Source of the DNA: a virus
Taxonomy: Duplodnaviria; Caudoviricetes
Direction: 5' to 3' (one strand)
DNA: 64,000 nt
Virus record (IMG/VR): IMGVR_UViG_3300028364_000013
Shown: piece after piece, positions 48,393-58,091 of the stretch
How the letters are laid out: each line of letters starts with the position of its first letter
Position numbering within the stretch: position 1 is the first letter of the stretch
Made by a program: the position numbers and the translations under genes
Notes under the pieces: generated by a model
Database searches by the model: none
What the model saw: only the letters and a program-made list of their open reading frames with translations
What the model was told of the DNA's origin: nothing

Positions 48393-49703
48393 TTACTTAA
48401 ATTTTACAATAAATCCTTGACTTGGTGTTACACCGTCAACAACATCTCCAATTCCAAACCATTCAGCTAACTCAATTCTGTTATTTGGCATTTCAAGAAC
48501 ATCGTTCATAAAATCCTCAAATTCTTCTCTTGTTGGCTCCCAATCATGGTCATCATGACGCATTCCTTCCATAAAGTAGTTATCATTAAATCTTGCATCT
48601 GGAGTTGTAACAATAAGAGTGCTAACGTTGCATCCAAGAATGTCATTCATTAACAACTTAGCATCTTCAATTGGCATGTGCTCAATAACCTCAGTGCAAA
48701 CAACATCAAGTTTTTTTTCTTCATCATAATTGTGATGCTCTGTTTTCATAAACCCCTTGACAGACTCAAAGAAATGAACATTCTTCATGCTCTTTTGCTT
48801 AACTCTCTTTTCGGCCTTAGCTCTCTCAACTGGGTCAATGTCCACAGCAAAATAATCTTTGTCCTTCATGAATCTATTGAACCTGGTGATGTACTTTCCT
48901 TCGCCACAACCAACATCAAGAATGTTGTTATTGAATTCAAGCCTATCTTGTATTGCCATTTGTCTGGCTTGCCATGTGTTACCAAGAGTCATAGTGATTT
49001 CATTCTTTCTATTTTTAGAAAGCTCTTCCTGCAGACCTCTGAATAACTTAAAGTTTTCAAGAAATCTAATCTTAAATAAGTATCTCACAAAGTAAGGAGC
49101 ATCCAAAATATTCATACACCTAATGTATTTAGACGCACTCTCTTCACTCACAAACATTGGTTCATTATTCACAATCGCTTGGAAGATAGAAAATAGACTT
49201 GCGAAATTTAATAATTCGTAAATAGATTTTTTAGTAGTGATTGTGATTTTATAGTTTTTTCCAGAAATTAATTCAGAATTAACCTCAAACCCTGGAAAGT
49301 AATCTTGAAATGCACTTATGTATCTTTCGTTTTTAACATATATCATGTTAATGAAAAATGTGCTCTCAAGTCCACCTTCATCTTTTTTATCTCCATCTGG
49401 AGCAGTGTATTCATCACTTTTAAATGCTGAACGAAACATTTCATCAATTGCGCTAACAACAAATGAAGCAGAATTATATCTACTTGTATTAAGGTATTCA
49501 AACGTTTCTCCTTCATAAGATGGGAATGAAACTTCATCACTACCATCTTTAAAGTAGATATTAAAACTTTGTTCATTGCCTTTGGTGAAAAACCCAAACA
49601 CAACTCCTTGTTTAATATTCTTTGCTACCAACCCTGTTCCAGGATTCTTTTTTATGATAAAGGAAAAATCCTTATTATCACTTTTCAATTGAACTATGCT
49701 CAT
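48393..49703 (-). CDS. hen1: Hen1 3'-terminal RNA ribose 2'-O-methyltransferase
   Basis: ILDVGCGEGK, TEVIEHM, TTPD..FN, MRHDDHDWEPTREEF; adjacent to pnkp. Confidence 0.85.
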   Translation of the reverse strand: MSIVQLKSDNKDFSFIIKKNPGTGLVAKNIKQGVVFGFFTKGNEQSFNIYFKDGSDEVSFPSYEGETFEYLNTSRYNSASFVVSAIDEMFRSAFKSDEYTAPDGDKKDEGGLESTFFINMIYVKNERYISAFQDYFPGFEVNSELISGKNYKITITTKKSIYELLNFASLFSIFQAIVNNEPMFVSEESASKYIRCMNILDAPYFVRYLFKIRFLENFKLFRGLQEELSKNRKNEITMTLGNTWQARQMAIQDRLEFNNNILDVGCGEGKYITRFNRFMKDKDYFAVDIDPVERAKAEKRVKQKSMKNVHFFESVKGFMKTEHHNYDEEKKLDVVCTEVIEHMPIEDAKLLMNDILGCNVSTLIVTTPDARFNDNYFMEGMRHDDHDWEPTREEFEDFMNDVLEMPNNRIELAEWFGIGDVVDGVTPSQGFIVKFK

Positions 49704-49915
49704 CAGCTATTGTTTTTTGTACATTTATCATATTCTACCATTACTCTATCATGTTCATCATTAATAAAGTCAGTGAAATACTTAATCTTCTGTGTAGGAG
49801 ATAGATTTTTTGATTTGTCCTTATGCTTATGGTTAACAATCTTTATTGCCTCTTTAAAAGCAACAATGCTTGCCATAGCAGTGTCTAACATGTAATCTTT
49901 TGATATATCGTCCAT
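49703..49915 (-). CDS. hypothetical protein
   Basis: 70 aa ORF coupled to hen1. Confidence 0.55.
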   Translation of the reverse strand: MDDISKDYMLDTAMASIVAFKEAIKIVNHKHKDKSKNLSPTQKIKYFTDFINDEHDRVMVEYDKCTKNNS

Positions 49916-49937
49916 AAAAATCTCGTATAGTAGTTAG

Positions 49938-49963
49938 TTATACGATATTTTTTATAAAATGTT
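49938..49963 (-). promoter_or_regulatory. AACAT-N14-CGTATAA motif
   Basis: exact match heading the hen1 unit. Confidence 0.7.
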
Positions 49964-49971
49964 CTTAAAAT

Positions 49972-50448
49972 TTAACAAGAACTGCAAGAACCATCATCAC
50001 AATCTGCATCTCCACCATTTCCAATGTTTTTTTGGATTAATTTGTTAATGTTTTGATTGATGTGGTTTTTTCCAAACTTCTTATCTAACTCTTCAGAAAG
50101 AATCTCGTGTGCTAACTTCTTTCTTGGTGCCAATCCAAACTCTACAGCAATCACCTTCTTAGCGTCATCAATTGCATTGTTAAATATGTCGTTAGCAACT
50201 TGTCTTGATTCTTTTTTTGCAAGAGCATCGTGTAGAGCAATCATGTCTTCATCATCTTCTAAAATTGCTTTTAGGTTGTCCCAGTTTAAAACTGCATACT
50301 TGATGAAACCTTTTTGAATTACTTTCTTTAGACCTTCTGCTCTTTCAATTCTTTCTCCTTCATCTTCTGGAGCTAACAATTGTGGTTGAACAAAATATTC
50401 TTGAATGAAACCTCTAAGGTCTTCATTAATTGTCATGTCTTCTTTCAT
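49972..50448 (-). CDS. hypothetical protein with C-terminal CDDGSCSSC
   Basis: 158 aa ORF. Confidence 0.6.
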   Translation of the reverse strand: MKEDMTINEDLRGFIQEYFVQPQLLAPEDEGERIERAEGLKKVIQKGFIKYAVLNWDNLKAILEDDEDMIALHDALAKKESRQVANDIFNNAIDDAKKVIAVEFGLAPRKKLAHEILSEELDKKFGKNHINQNINKLIQKNIGNGGDADCDDGSCSSC

Positions 50449-50451
50449 AAT

Positions 50452-51165
50452 TTATCTATTTGATTTATCAGGGTTTTGTGGAGTTGTCTTATTTATAATT
50501 CTTGCAACATTACCCTTAAGTTCCTCTTTGTCGTATTTGTCAATGAGGTGTTCATGTAAAATCTCATGTTCTTTTTTGACTCTTTCTCCATAGTTTTCAT
50601 TACCCATTAGTGGTATAAACACCTTTTGAAGAATCCTTGCTATATTGTAGGCATCATCATCTCCTCTGTGTGGTGTCCCTTCAAATTCTAACCCAAGATG
50701 GTCTAAAGCTTGTCCAACACCAAGGTCTGTACCTATTCCATAGGCAATACTAAACAAAGGCTTCATGTTTATGTGAGTTCTACCAAATGGATACTTTACA
50801 CCCTTTGCTTCACAATCTCTTTCGAACTGCTTTCTATCATATTCACCCCAACTCATCCATATCCTATCGCTGGACTTAAATTTATCTTTAAGAATATTAC
50901 AAGCTTCTTCAAAACTAACACCATGCTCTTCGAGATACTCATCTGTAAGCGTAGTTAATTCGTTACAAAACTTTGATACAGTTGAATATTCTGGTTTAAC
51001 TATGATTGTATCCTTGAGTCTAATTTCTTTTGTCTTGTAATCAACAGCAGAAATTCCAATCTCAATTATCTCACTCTTCATCCCCTCTGGAGTTGGATGG
51101 TCCCAACAGGTAGCTTCCACATCAATCAACAGAACTACATCTCTTTTCATTTTTCTTCTTCCCAT
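50452..51165 (-). CDS. DEDDh exonuclease (ERI-1/KapD-like)
   Basis: IDVEATC, EIIEIG, SWGEYD, HRGDDDA. Confidence 0.87.
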   Translation of the reverse strand: MGRRKMKRDVVLLIDVEATCWDHPTPEGMKSEIIEIGISAVDYKTKEIRLKDTIIVKPEYSTVSKFCNELTTLTDEYLEEHGVSFEEACNILKDKFKSSDRIWMSWGEYDRKQFERDCEAKGVKYPFGRTHINMKPLFSIAYGIGTDLGVGQALDHLGLEFEGTPHRGDDDAYNIARILQKVFIPLMGNENYGERVKKEHEILHEHLIDKYDKEELKGNVARIINKTTPQNPDKSNR

Positions 51166-51166
51166 T

Positions 51167-51709
51167 TTAATTTCTTTTTATATATTCTGGTGGAACTTCA
51201 TCAGTCAGATAAACACCATTTTCAGAAATGTAAATTTTATGACCATCAGCTCTAAATCTCATGGCTTCAACTTCAAGAATTTCAAACTCACCCCTTCTTG
51301 AACCTACTTTTGCAGCAGTTTCTTTATCAATACTCAAGTGAACGTGATGCCTATTCATTTTCTTCAACCCCTCTTTCATTATTGCATCAATAACTCCCAC
51401 TGGAGCTCCATGATAAAGTGTTACTGGAGGCATAATTTCTGAAAGCTCCAAGTCAACTTTAACTGAGTGACCTTGGTTTGCTCTTATGCTACAAAAATCT
51501 CCACTCAAAGAAAATCTTTGTTTCTCATTATTTTGAACCACGTATTTAAGCTCATTAAAGTCGAACAATAAATTGCTACTCGCCTTTTCAATTAACTCTC
51601 TAACATCTGTCCAACCACTTGAGTTAAGCTTAATTCCAATGTCTTCTGGTTTGTGTCTCAACCAATATGACAATGCTTTGCTTATTTTTTTTTCTCTACT
51701 CTTTTCCAT
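51167..51709 (-). CDS. kptA: RNA 2'-phosphotransferase (Tpt1/KptA)
   Basis: SYWLRH, KQRF, IRANQGHS, LYHG, RHHVHLS. Confidence 0.92.
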   Translation of the reverse strand: MEKSREKKISKALSYWLRHKPEDIGIKLNSSGWTDVRELIEKASSNLLFDFNELKYVVQNNEKQRFSLSGDFCSIRANQGHSVKVDLELSEIMPPVTLYHGAPVGVIDAIMKEGLKKMNRHHVHLSIDKETAAKVGSRRGEFEILEVEAMRFRADGHKIYISENGVYLTDEVPPEYIKRN

Positions 51710-52244
51710 CTAATTTTTTAATTACATCATTAATAATAAAATCTAAACTTTCTTTACCAATTCCATTTACAGATGTAAAATCAATATTGTTAGATTTCAA
51801 GAAATCTTTTACATTATTATCAACCTCTTTTGCTCCATCAATATCTTGATACCTTCCCTCTTGCTCGTAAGCAACAGTCGTATCTCTTTCAATGAAGTAC
51901 GTCATGTTATCATATTTATTGAATTCCTTCATAATAATAGTTCTTAATTCGTCACAACCAGAAGTGTCATATATACTTGAAAGCACAAATGGAGAATCTG
52001 TAACAATTACATCAACCTCATCTTTCATTGTAAAAAGTTGATACTGTTGTTTTCCAAATATATAAATTTGACTCTGGACCGCTTTCATCGAGCCTTCTCT
52101 AAGTTTCTTTTTGATATACTCTGGAGAAATTTCAGCTGATATAAACTTTCTCTTTAATTCTACAAACACTTCTGATGTTAAAATTGACTTCCCAACTCCT
52201 GGGCCTCCAATTAGGTTTACTACGATACATTGTTCTTTATACAT
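51696..52244 (-). CDS. P-loop kinase/ATPase (AAA_28/NadR-like)
   Basis: GGPGVGKS, IVTDSP, YEQEGR. Confidence 0.72.
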   Translation of the reverse strand: MYKEQCIVVNLIGGPGVGKSILTSEVFVELKRKFISAEISPEYIKKKLREGSMKAVQSQIYIFGKQQYQLFTMKDEVDVIVTDSPFVLSSIYDTSGCDELRTIIMKEFNKYDNMTYFIERDTTVAYEQEGRYQDIDGAKEVDNNVKDFLKSNNIDFTSVNGIGKESLDFIINDVIKKLDGKE

Positions 52245-52260
52245 ATTTTATCTACAAATA

Positions 52261-52287
52261 AAAAGAGCCCATATTAGAAGGCTCTTT
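52261..52287 (-). terminator. terminator-like hairpin
   Basis: AAAGAGCC / GGCTCTTT. Confidence 0.6.
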
Positions 52288-52356
52288 GTGGTTATTAATT
52301 TACTCTTCTGGAGCAAATGTAGTGAAAATATTTTATGTGACAAACACAAATGTGCT

Positions 52357-52764
52357 TCAATTCTTTTTATCAAGTTCTTTTTTTAATTTTTCAGCTCTTT
52401 CATAATTCTCTTCAGCAACTGCTTTGTTTAATTCCTTTTTCAACCATTCAGCGCTGTCCTTGAAGTTTTCTAAATTTAGAGACTTAATTTCTTCTATGTT
52501 TGTGTCTGGAAAAACTCCAGATATAGAATCTCTATCTTTAAGCTCTATTAGAAGATAATGCTCTCCATCTCTCATGTTTAGTTTTTCATTTACACTTACC
52601 CAATCCATATTGGTTGTAAACAAAACGCCATACTCATTTACTCTTTCTGCTTTTTCAGCAATCTCATTAGAGATGTGAGCTTGTTTAACAGCAACATAGC
52701 TATTCGTCAACTTTTTATTATCTCCACCTTGAAATAATAATAGATATGTTTTTAAATTGCTCAT
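52357..52764 (-). CDS. hypothetical protein with C-terminal UVR motif
   Basis: LNKAVAEENYERAEKLKKELD. Confidence 0.62.
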   Translation of the reverse strand: MSNLKTYLLLFQGGDNKKLTNSYVAVKQAHISNEIAEKAERVNEYGVLFTTNMDWVSVNEKLNMRDGEHYLLIELKDRDSISGVFPDTNIEEIKSLNLENFKDSAEWLKKELNKAVAEENYERAEKLKKELDKKN

Positions 52765-53273
52765 ATTGAAACCTCCTGTTTTACTGATAGGTTCTGATTG
52801 CTAAAAACTCTTTGACCAGTAACTTCAACAATAACTTCTTTTTCTATAATTTCTGGAATTGTTATGTCTTGATTAATATCATCCAACTCAACTTCCAGAG
52901 TTACCAATTTAACATCATGGTACTCATCAACCTCCCACTTCAAACCACCATGCTCATAAACGTATCTTGTTTTGATGATGTAAGTATGGTCTTCGTGGCA
53001 CATGTCTCTGAATTTCTCTTGAGTAATTTCTTTCTCAATTTCTTCAAACACTCCTGGAGATAAAACTTTCTTTACACATTGAATGTAGTGTCTTTCAACT
53101 TCTGGCTCCGAACCTTTTGTATTGAATTTCTCAGACATACGAAACCTGGTAATTACACCTTTGACATCAACATAGATTTGATGTATGAGATGCTTCTCAA
53201 TTTCTTTCCTATTAAAATTTGGAACATTCTTTAACAAGAACTTCCTTTCTATTTCTAAATTGTCTTTATTCAT
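52761..53273 (-). CDS. CYTH (triphosphate tunnel) domain protein
   Basis: EIERKFL, EIEKEI, IKTRY, WEVDEY, LEVEL. Confidence 0.85.
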   Translation of the reverse strand: MNKDNLEIERKFLLKNVPNFNRKEIEKHLIHQIYVDVKGVITRFRMSEKFNTKGSEPEVERHYIQCVKKVLSPGVFEEIEKEITQEKFRDMCHEDHTYIIKTRYVYEHGGLKWEVDEYHDVKLVTLEVELDDINQDITIPEIIEKEVIVEVTGQRVFSNQNLSVKQEVSI

Positions 53274-53275
53274 AA

Positions 53276-54754
53276 TTAATTAAATTCGTTTTCAACTGGC
53301 GTTTTAGTGTAATCATAAACTTCGCCAAGCGTTTTTCTCATGTCACCTATATTCAAAACCACATCATTTGTTGTAAATTCACAAGGATGTTTATATCCAG
53401 CAGCATGTGTTACTTGAATTATATCTTTCTTTAAGGTATTAATAAAATTTCCAACTCTATCACCCTTCTCGCTAACATTAACCCCTTTTTCCAACCACCA
53501 CTTATGAGTTGCAATCCCAGCTGGACAATTTCCAGTATGACATATTTGCGCTTGAATGCATCCTGCCGAAATCATTACTTCTCTCGCAATGTTGATAACA
53601 TCAGCTCCCATTGCAAATGCTTTAGCAGCTCTTGTTGGATGCCCCAATTTTCCGCTGGCAATCCAAACCATATTATCCATTGCTCCTCTGAGTTGAAATA
53701 TCTTATAGACAGATGTGAATGCATCATCCAAAGGAAGACTCATGTTATCTGCAAACGCTGCAGGAGCAGCTCCAGTTCCACCCTCTCCGCCATCAATTGT
53801 TATAAAATCTGGACCGACACCTCTTGTCATTTTCTGAGCAAGCTCATGCCAAAATTCTAATTTACCGACAGCGGACTTGATTCCAACTGGCAGCCCTGTT
53901 AGCCTCGCAATGTCTTCAATTAAAGCAATCAGCTCATCAACATTTGAAAACGCACTGTGGTATGCGGGGGAATTAACATCTTTCCCCTTTTCAATACCTC
54001 TTATGTCTGCTATTTCTTTTGTTACCTTCTTCCCTGGCAACATTCCACCTTTTCCTGGCTTCGCACCTTGAGATAATTTAATCTCAATCATTTTGATGTT
54101 CTTGCCCGTGTCTATAAGGTGCAGTAATTTATCCATGCTAAATTGTCTGTTCCCATCCCTATCTGTAGTGCCGCATCCAAAATACCCAGTTCCAAAGTGA
54201 AATACAACATCTGCACCTCCTTTGTGATATTTAGAATATCCACCTTCGCCAGTATTGTGATAAGAATTTGATTTATATGCCCCTCTGTTATTTGCTTCAG
54301 TTGCTCTTTTGCCAAGAGAACCATAACTCATCGCTGAGATATTAATTACCGAATTAGGTCTGTATGGCTTTTCTCTTCTCATCCCAATTGTCTTAGCACA
54401 AGGAAGTACGTCTGGAGCAATTGCGTTAATTGTGTTGTTAATGTTCGTTGGAAACGCATTTGTTTTAATAAAGAAGTTTCCACTTTTATCGAAGTCCATG
54501 TCGGAACCAAATCCAGTCAGATTGTTCTGCTTCTTTGCGCTTGCATAAATATAGTTTCTCCAAACCCTATTAAAAGGTCCCTCCTCTCTATTGTTAGCAA
54601 CCCAGTACTGTCGAAGTTCTGGTCCAATCTTCTCAAGGAAATACCTTAACCTCCCAATCAATGGGAAATTGCTTTTGATTGTATGTTTTCTATTAAAGGT
54701 GTCGTAAACCACCAGCAACAATAACAATCCCAATATAGTGTATAATATGTTCAT
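53276..54754 (-). CDS. FMN-binding glutamate synthase family protein (single-domain)
   Basis: ISAMSYGSL, NTGEGG, IKLSQGAKPGKGG, DGGEGGTGAAP, CIQAQICHTGNCPAGIAT. Confidence 0.9.
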   Translation of the reverse strand: MNILYTILGLLLLLVVYDTFNRKHTIKSNFPLIGRLRYFLEKIGPELRQYWVANNREEGPFNRVWRNYIYASAKKQNNLTGFGSDMDFDKSGNFFIKTNAFPTNINNTINAIAPDVLPCAKTIGMRREKPYRPNSVINISAMSYGSLGKRATEANNRGAYKSNSYHNTGEGGYSKYHKGGADVVFHFGTGYFGCGTTDRDGNRQFSMDKLLHLIDTGKNIKMIEIKLSQGAKPGKGGMLPGKKVTKEIADIRGIEKGKDVNSPAYHSAFSNVDELIALIEDIARLTGLPVGIKSAVGKLEFWHELAQKMTRGVGPDFITIDGGEGGTGAAPAAFADNMSLPLDDAFTSVYKIFQLRGAMDNMVWIASGKLGHPTRAAKAFAMGADVINIAREVMISAGCIQAQICHTGNCPAGIATHKWWLEKGVNVSEKGDRVGNFINTLKKDIIQVTHAAGYKHPCEFTTNDVVLNIGDMRKTLGEVYDYTKTPVENEFN

Positions 54755-54801
54755 AAAAAACCCGTTTTCATTAGTTATACGAAAACGGGTCTATAAATGT
54801 T
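54755..54801 (-). promoter_or_regulatory. AACAT-N15-CGTATAA promoter overlapping a terminator hairpin
   Basis: CCCGTTTTC/GAAAACGGG stem plus U6 with the CGTATAA box inside. Confidence 0.6.
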
Positions 54802-54810
54802 CTATTAAAT

Positions 54811-56352
54811 CTACGCTAATTCCTTAATTTTATTAAGTAGAGCTTCAATTCTTGCTTTAGTTTCTTTAGAACCAATTACATACATTACATCTGGCAGTTG
54901 TGGGCCAGAGGCACCTCCACAAATAGCCACTCTAAGCATTGGCATTATTTTACCAACACCAATGTTCATATTACCAGAGATGTGCTCAAGTTCATACCTA
55001 ATGTTCTTGGGTATCCAGTCGTATTCCTCGAAATTACTCATGAAGTCATCAGCTGCAAATACATTCATAACCTTTATAAACTCTTCAACGTTCTTCATCT
55101 TGATTTCACCTTCAAGAGTAGGAGTATTATAAATGTAGCTCAAGCTATCTTTTAGTTCGTGAGAAAATTCAACACGCTCAACAGCCATACTTGCAATTAA
55201 ATCAAGTTTGTCATGGTCCATAGACAAAAGGAAGTCTTCTGGCATATCAGTCATTTCCGACAGAATAGAGTCAGCATCCCTCGACCTTAAGTAATGAGAA
55301 TTGAAGTTCATCAATTTCTTCTTATCGAACATTGCACCAGCCTTATTAACACTTTCAAGACTAAATAAATCAATCATTTCTTTGATTGACATTATTTCTA
55401 CATTGTTCTTAGGATTCCAGCCAAGAAGAACTAAGAAGTTTAAAAGAGCATCTGGCTCGTAACCTTCATGCTTAAACCCAGTTACATGAGCTTTTTTGTC
55501 CTCATGAGTGATATAGTCCCAAGTCAACGGGAAAATAGGGTAGCCATACTTATCTCCATGTCTCTTGCTTAATTTCTTTCCATCATCTCCAAGAAGAAGT
55601 GGTAAGTGAGCAAAAATAGGAGCATCCCATCCAAAAGCTCTATAAATAAGAACATGAAGTGGCGTAGCAGATAACCACTCTTCACCACGAATAACATGAC
55701 TAATTTCCATTAACTTATCATCAACAATATTTGCAAGATGATAAGTAGGGAGTCCGTCAGAAGATTTCCAGATAACTTTGTCATCAAGGTCTTTCGTATT
55801 GAACTTAACCCATCCTCTAACTTCATCATGAAACTTAATATCTTCAGCTCTTGGCATTTTAAACCTAATTGTATACGCTTCTCCAGCATCAATCTTAGCT
55901 TTAGCATCACTGGCAGACATTGTTAGTGAGTTTTTCATTCTTTCTCTAACAACGCCAGTGTAACCACCTTTAACTCCAGCAGCCTCAAAGTCATCTCGCA
56001 TCTTTGTCAAGTCTTCTTTTGTATCAAATGCATAATAAGCATTTCCAGACTCAACAAGCATTTCAACATGCTCTTTGTAAATATCTTTTCTTTCAGATTG
56101 GATGTATGGCCCATGGTCACCACCTATGCCGTAACCTTCGTCTGGACTTATTCCAAGCCACTTAAGAGAGTCTGTTACATAATCAATTGCTCCATCAACC
56201 TCTCTGCTTGAGTCGGTATCTTCAATCCTTAAAATAAAATCGCCCCCATGCTTCTTGGCAAAGAGGTAATTAAATAAAGCAGTTCTCACGCCACCTATAT
56301 GCAAAGGTCCCGTGGGACTTGGTGCAAATCTTACTCTTATTTTCTTATCCAT
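54811..56352 (-). CDS. gltX: glutamyl-tRNA synthetase
   Basis: RFAPSPTGPLHIGG, LRIEDTD, HVIRGEEW, KLSKRHG. Confidence 0.95.
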   Translation of the reverse strand: MDKKIRVRFAPSPTGPLHIGGVRTALFNYLFAKKHGGDFILRIEDTDSSREVDGAIDYVTDSLKWLGISPDEGYGIGGDHGPYIQSERKDIYKEHVEMLVESGNAYYAFDTKEDLTKMRDDFEAAGVKGGYTGVVRERMKNSLTMSASDAKAKIDAGEAYTIRFKMPRAEDIKFHDEVRGWVKFNTKDLDDKVIWKSSDGLPTYHLANIVDDKLMEISHVIRGEEWLSATPLHVLIYRAFGWDAPIFAHLPLLLGDDGKKLSKRHGDKYGYPIFPLTWDYITHEDKKAHVTGFKHEGYEPDALLNFLVLLGWNPKNNVEIMSIKEMIDLFSLESVNKAGAMFDKKKLMNFNSHYLRSRDADSILSEMTDMPEDFLLSMDHDKLDLIASMAVERVEFSHELKDSLSYIYNTPTLEGEIKMKNVEEFIKVMNVFAADDFMSNFEEYDWIPKNIRYELEHISGNMNIGVGKIMPMLRVAICGGASGPQLPDVMYVIGSKETKARIEALLNKIKELA

Positions 56353-56358
56353 AATTTA

Positions 56359-56384
56359 TTATACGATATTTTGATTAAAATGTT
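56359..56384 (-). promoter_or_regulatory. AACAT-N14-CGTATAA motif
   Basis: exact match upstream of gltX. Confidence 0.7.
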
Positions 56385-56791
56385 CTTGTAGAACCTGAAA
56401 AACTATTGAATATTCTCTTTCTCTCCATGAAATTCTCAAAGTACTCTTTAGATTCCTTAAATCCCATGCCAGTATTTTCCTTTACAAACTTAACCGCTGC
56501 AAGTTTAGATTTGCCACCATCAGATAGCCTAACCATGTTTCTTTCTAAGAATTTTCTGTCGCTGTCGTCTCTTATATCCAATTTCTTAACTCCAGCAGCA
56601 ACAAGATGAGGTTTTGAAGAAGGGAAAGCAGTCGCATACATTTCTTCAAGAATATCATGCTGCTCCTTTGTTACTTGGTGATTTGTTTTAAACCTTCTCC
56701 ACTCAACTCCGTTTTTCAAAACCAATCTCTTATATTTCTTTTTTCCAGTGAAGATAACTTCTCCAGATTCTATTTTTTCTGTTAATACCAT
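56375..56791 (-). CDS. protein with ribosomal bL12 C-terminal-like motif
   Basis: KLAAVKFVKENTGMGFKESKEYFE resembles KIAVIKVVRxxTGLGLKEAKDLVE. Confidence 0.5.
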   Translation of the reverse strand: MVLTEKIESGEVIFTGKKKYKRLVLKNGVEWRRFKTNHQVTKEQHDILEEMYATAFPSSKPHLVAAGVKKLDIRDDSDRKFLERNMVRLSDGGKSKLAAVKFVKENTGMGFKESKEYFENFMERKRIFNSFSGSTRTF

Positions 56792-57135
56792 TACTTATGT
56801 TTTAAAGTTATTTCACCTTGCTTAATCTCAATGATTACAGCTATCGTGTTTAATGTGTTTGTGGGTGTCCAATCAATTCCTCTAAGAACTTTTTCTCTTT
56901 CAGCTCCTTCAAGACCAGGAAGTGTCTGTTCCATATACTCTTCTGGAGTCAGCTTTTTTACAAACTTCTTATTGAATTCAGCCTTAGTCATACCATAATG
57001 ATAATAACCATTCTCATCAACAATATCAGTCCTATCTCCGTTAGTAGGAGGTATGGCCATCATATTAGTTCTAACCAACTCTTGGCCTCCAACAGTATAG
57101 CTATCTCTTATATTTAATGTCCACTTATTCTTCAT
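56791..57135 (-). CDS. hypothetical protein
   Basis: 114 aa coupled ORF. Confidence 0.55.
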   Translation of the reverse strand: MKNKWTLNIRDSYTVGGQELVRTNMMAIPPTNGDRTDIVDENGYYHYGMTKAEFNKKFVKKLTPEEYMEQTLPGLEGAEREKVLRGIDWTPTNTLNTIAVIIEIKQGEITLKHK

Positions 57136-57625
57136 ACTTCTTTAAATCTGTCAATAATCTAAGCTTGCCAACAACTGGCTCACAATCTTCAACGTAATTA
57201 GGACCAACTGCAATGCAGGTAAAATTCTCTCCCTCTAACCCATAAAGACCAGCGTCCTTTATCAAAGAAACATTAAGACCAGCCTCTTTAGCTTGGTTAT
57301 ATACTTTTAGAAGTTGACCTTCATTTTTTACTTTCTTGGCAATCTTTGTAAACTTACCCTTCATCCATTGCCTTTCTTCATGCGTACCTTCAAAAGAAAA
57401 AGTTCCAGCAATACCTTCTTCATCACTATTACCTGGAGCACCAGGACAAGTTCCTGTTTTTTCTCTAAAAGTCATTTTATCAAAAAACACTTTTAAGCAT
57501 GCATGAGCAGCTTGTGCCGCAACCTTTCCTGCATTCATTGGAAGGTCTGTTCTTACGATTATATATTGCTTAACCTGCTTTTCCATCTTCAATTCTTTTG
57601 TTAACAACTTTCTCCCACTTAACAT
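57125..57625 (-). CDS. pth2: peptidyl-tRNA hydrolase II (Pth2 type)
   Basis: KQYIIVRTDLPMNAGKVAAQAAHA, KDAG, TCIAVGP; true start probably MEKQVKQ. Confidence 0.88.
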   Translation of the reverse strand: MLSGRKLLTKELKMEKQVKQYIIVRTDLPMNAGKVAAQAAHACLKVFFDKMTFREKTGTCPGAPGNSDEEGIAGTFSFEGTHEERQWMKGKFTKIAKKVKNEGQLLKVYNQAKEAGLNVSLIKDAGLYGLEGENFTCIAVGPNYVEDCEPVVGKLRLLTDLKKYEE

Positions 57626-58091
57626 TCTTTACAGCAATCTTATCAACCACTTCCGATTCTTTAATACCATAATAACTTGCCAGGCTCAACACTTTTGAAA
57701 TGCATGTGTTGAATTGGTAAATCAACTCTGGATGATTCTTTTCGAACCTATAACAAATACCTCCAACATATTTATTAACCTTGATTAATAAGTTCTCTGG
57801 GCGAGTGCCATCTGGCTTGTGAGAACCATCTCTAAATTCATCTTTGAAATGGTCGTAGTCAAGCTCGTAAGTGTCAGCAAAAGAAAGCAAGCACTGAATT
57901 GTGTCTGCAGCCTCTTCTTTGATTTCCTCAAGAATCTCATCTGGAGTTAGATTTGTCGCTTTTCTTCCAAGCTTCATATTGACAGCACGAGAAAACTCTC
58001 CTGCCTCTTCAAAAAACTTACACAACCTAAGTTCTGAAGTTGCTGGGTCAAGAGCGTTAATTCTTTGAATATCTTTATAAACTTCTTTCAT
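57570..58091 (-). CDS. MazG-like nucleotide pyrophosphohydrolase
   Basis: KFFEEAGEF, EEAADTIQC. Confidence 0.7.
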   Translation of the reverse strand: MKEVYKDIQRINALDPATSELRLCKFFEEAGEFSRAVNMKLGRKATNLTPDEILEEIKEEAADTIQCLLSFADTYELDYDHFKDEFRDGSHKPDGTRPENLLIKVNKYVGGICYRFEKNHPELIYQFNTCISKVLSLASYYGIKESEVVDKIAVKNVKWEKVVNKRIEDGKAG

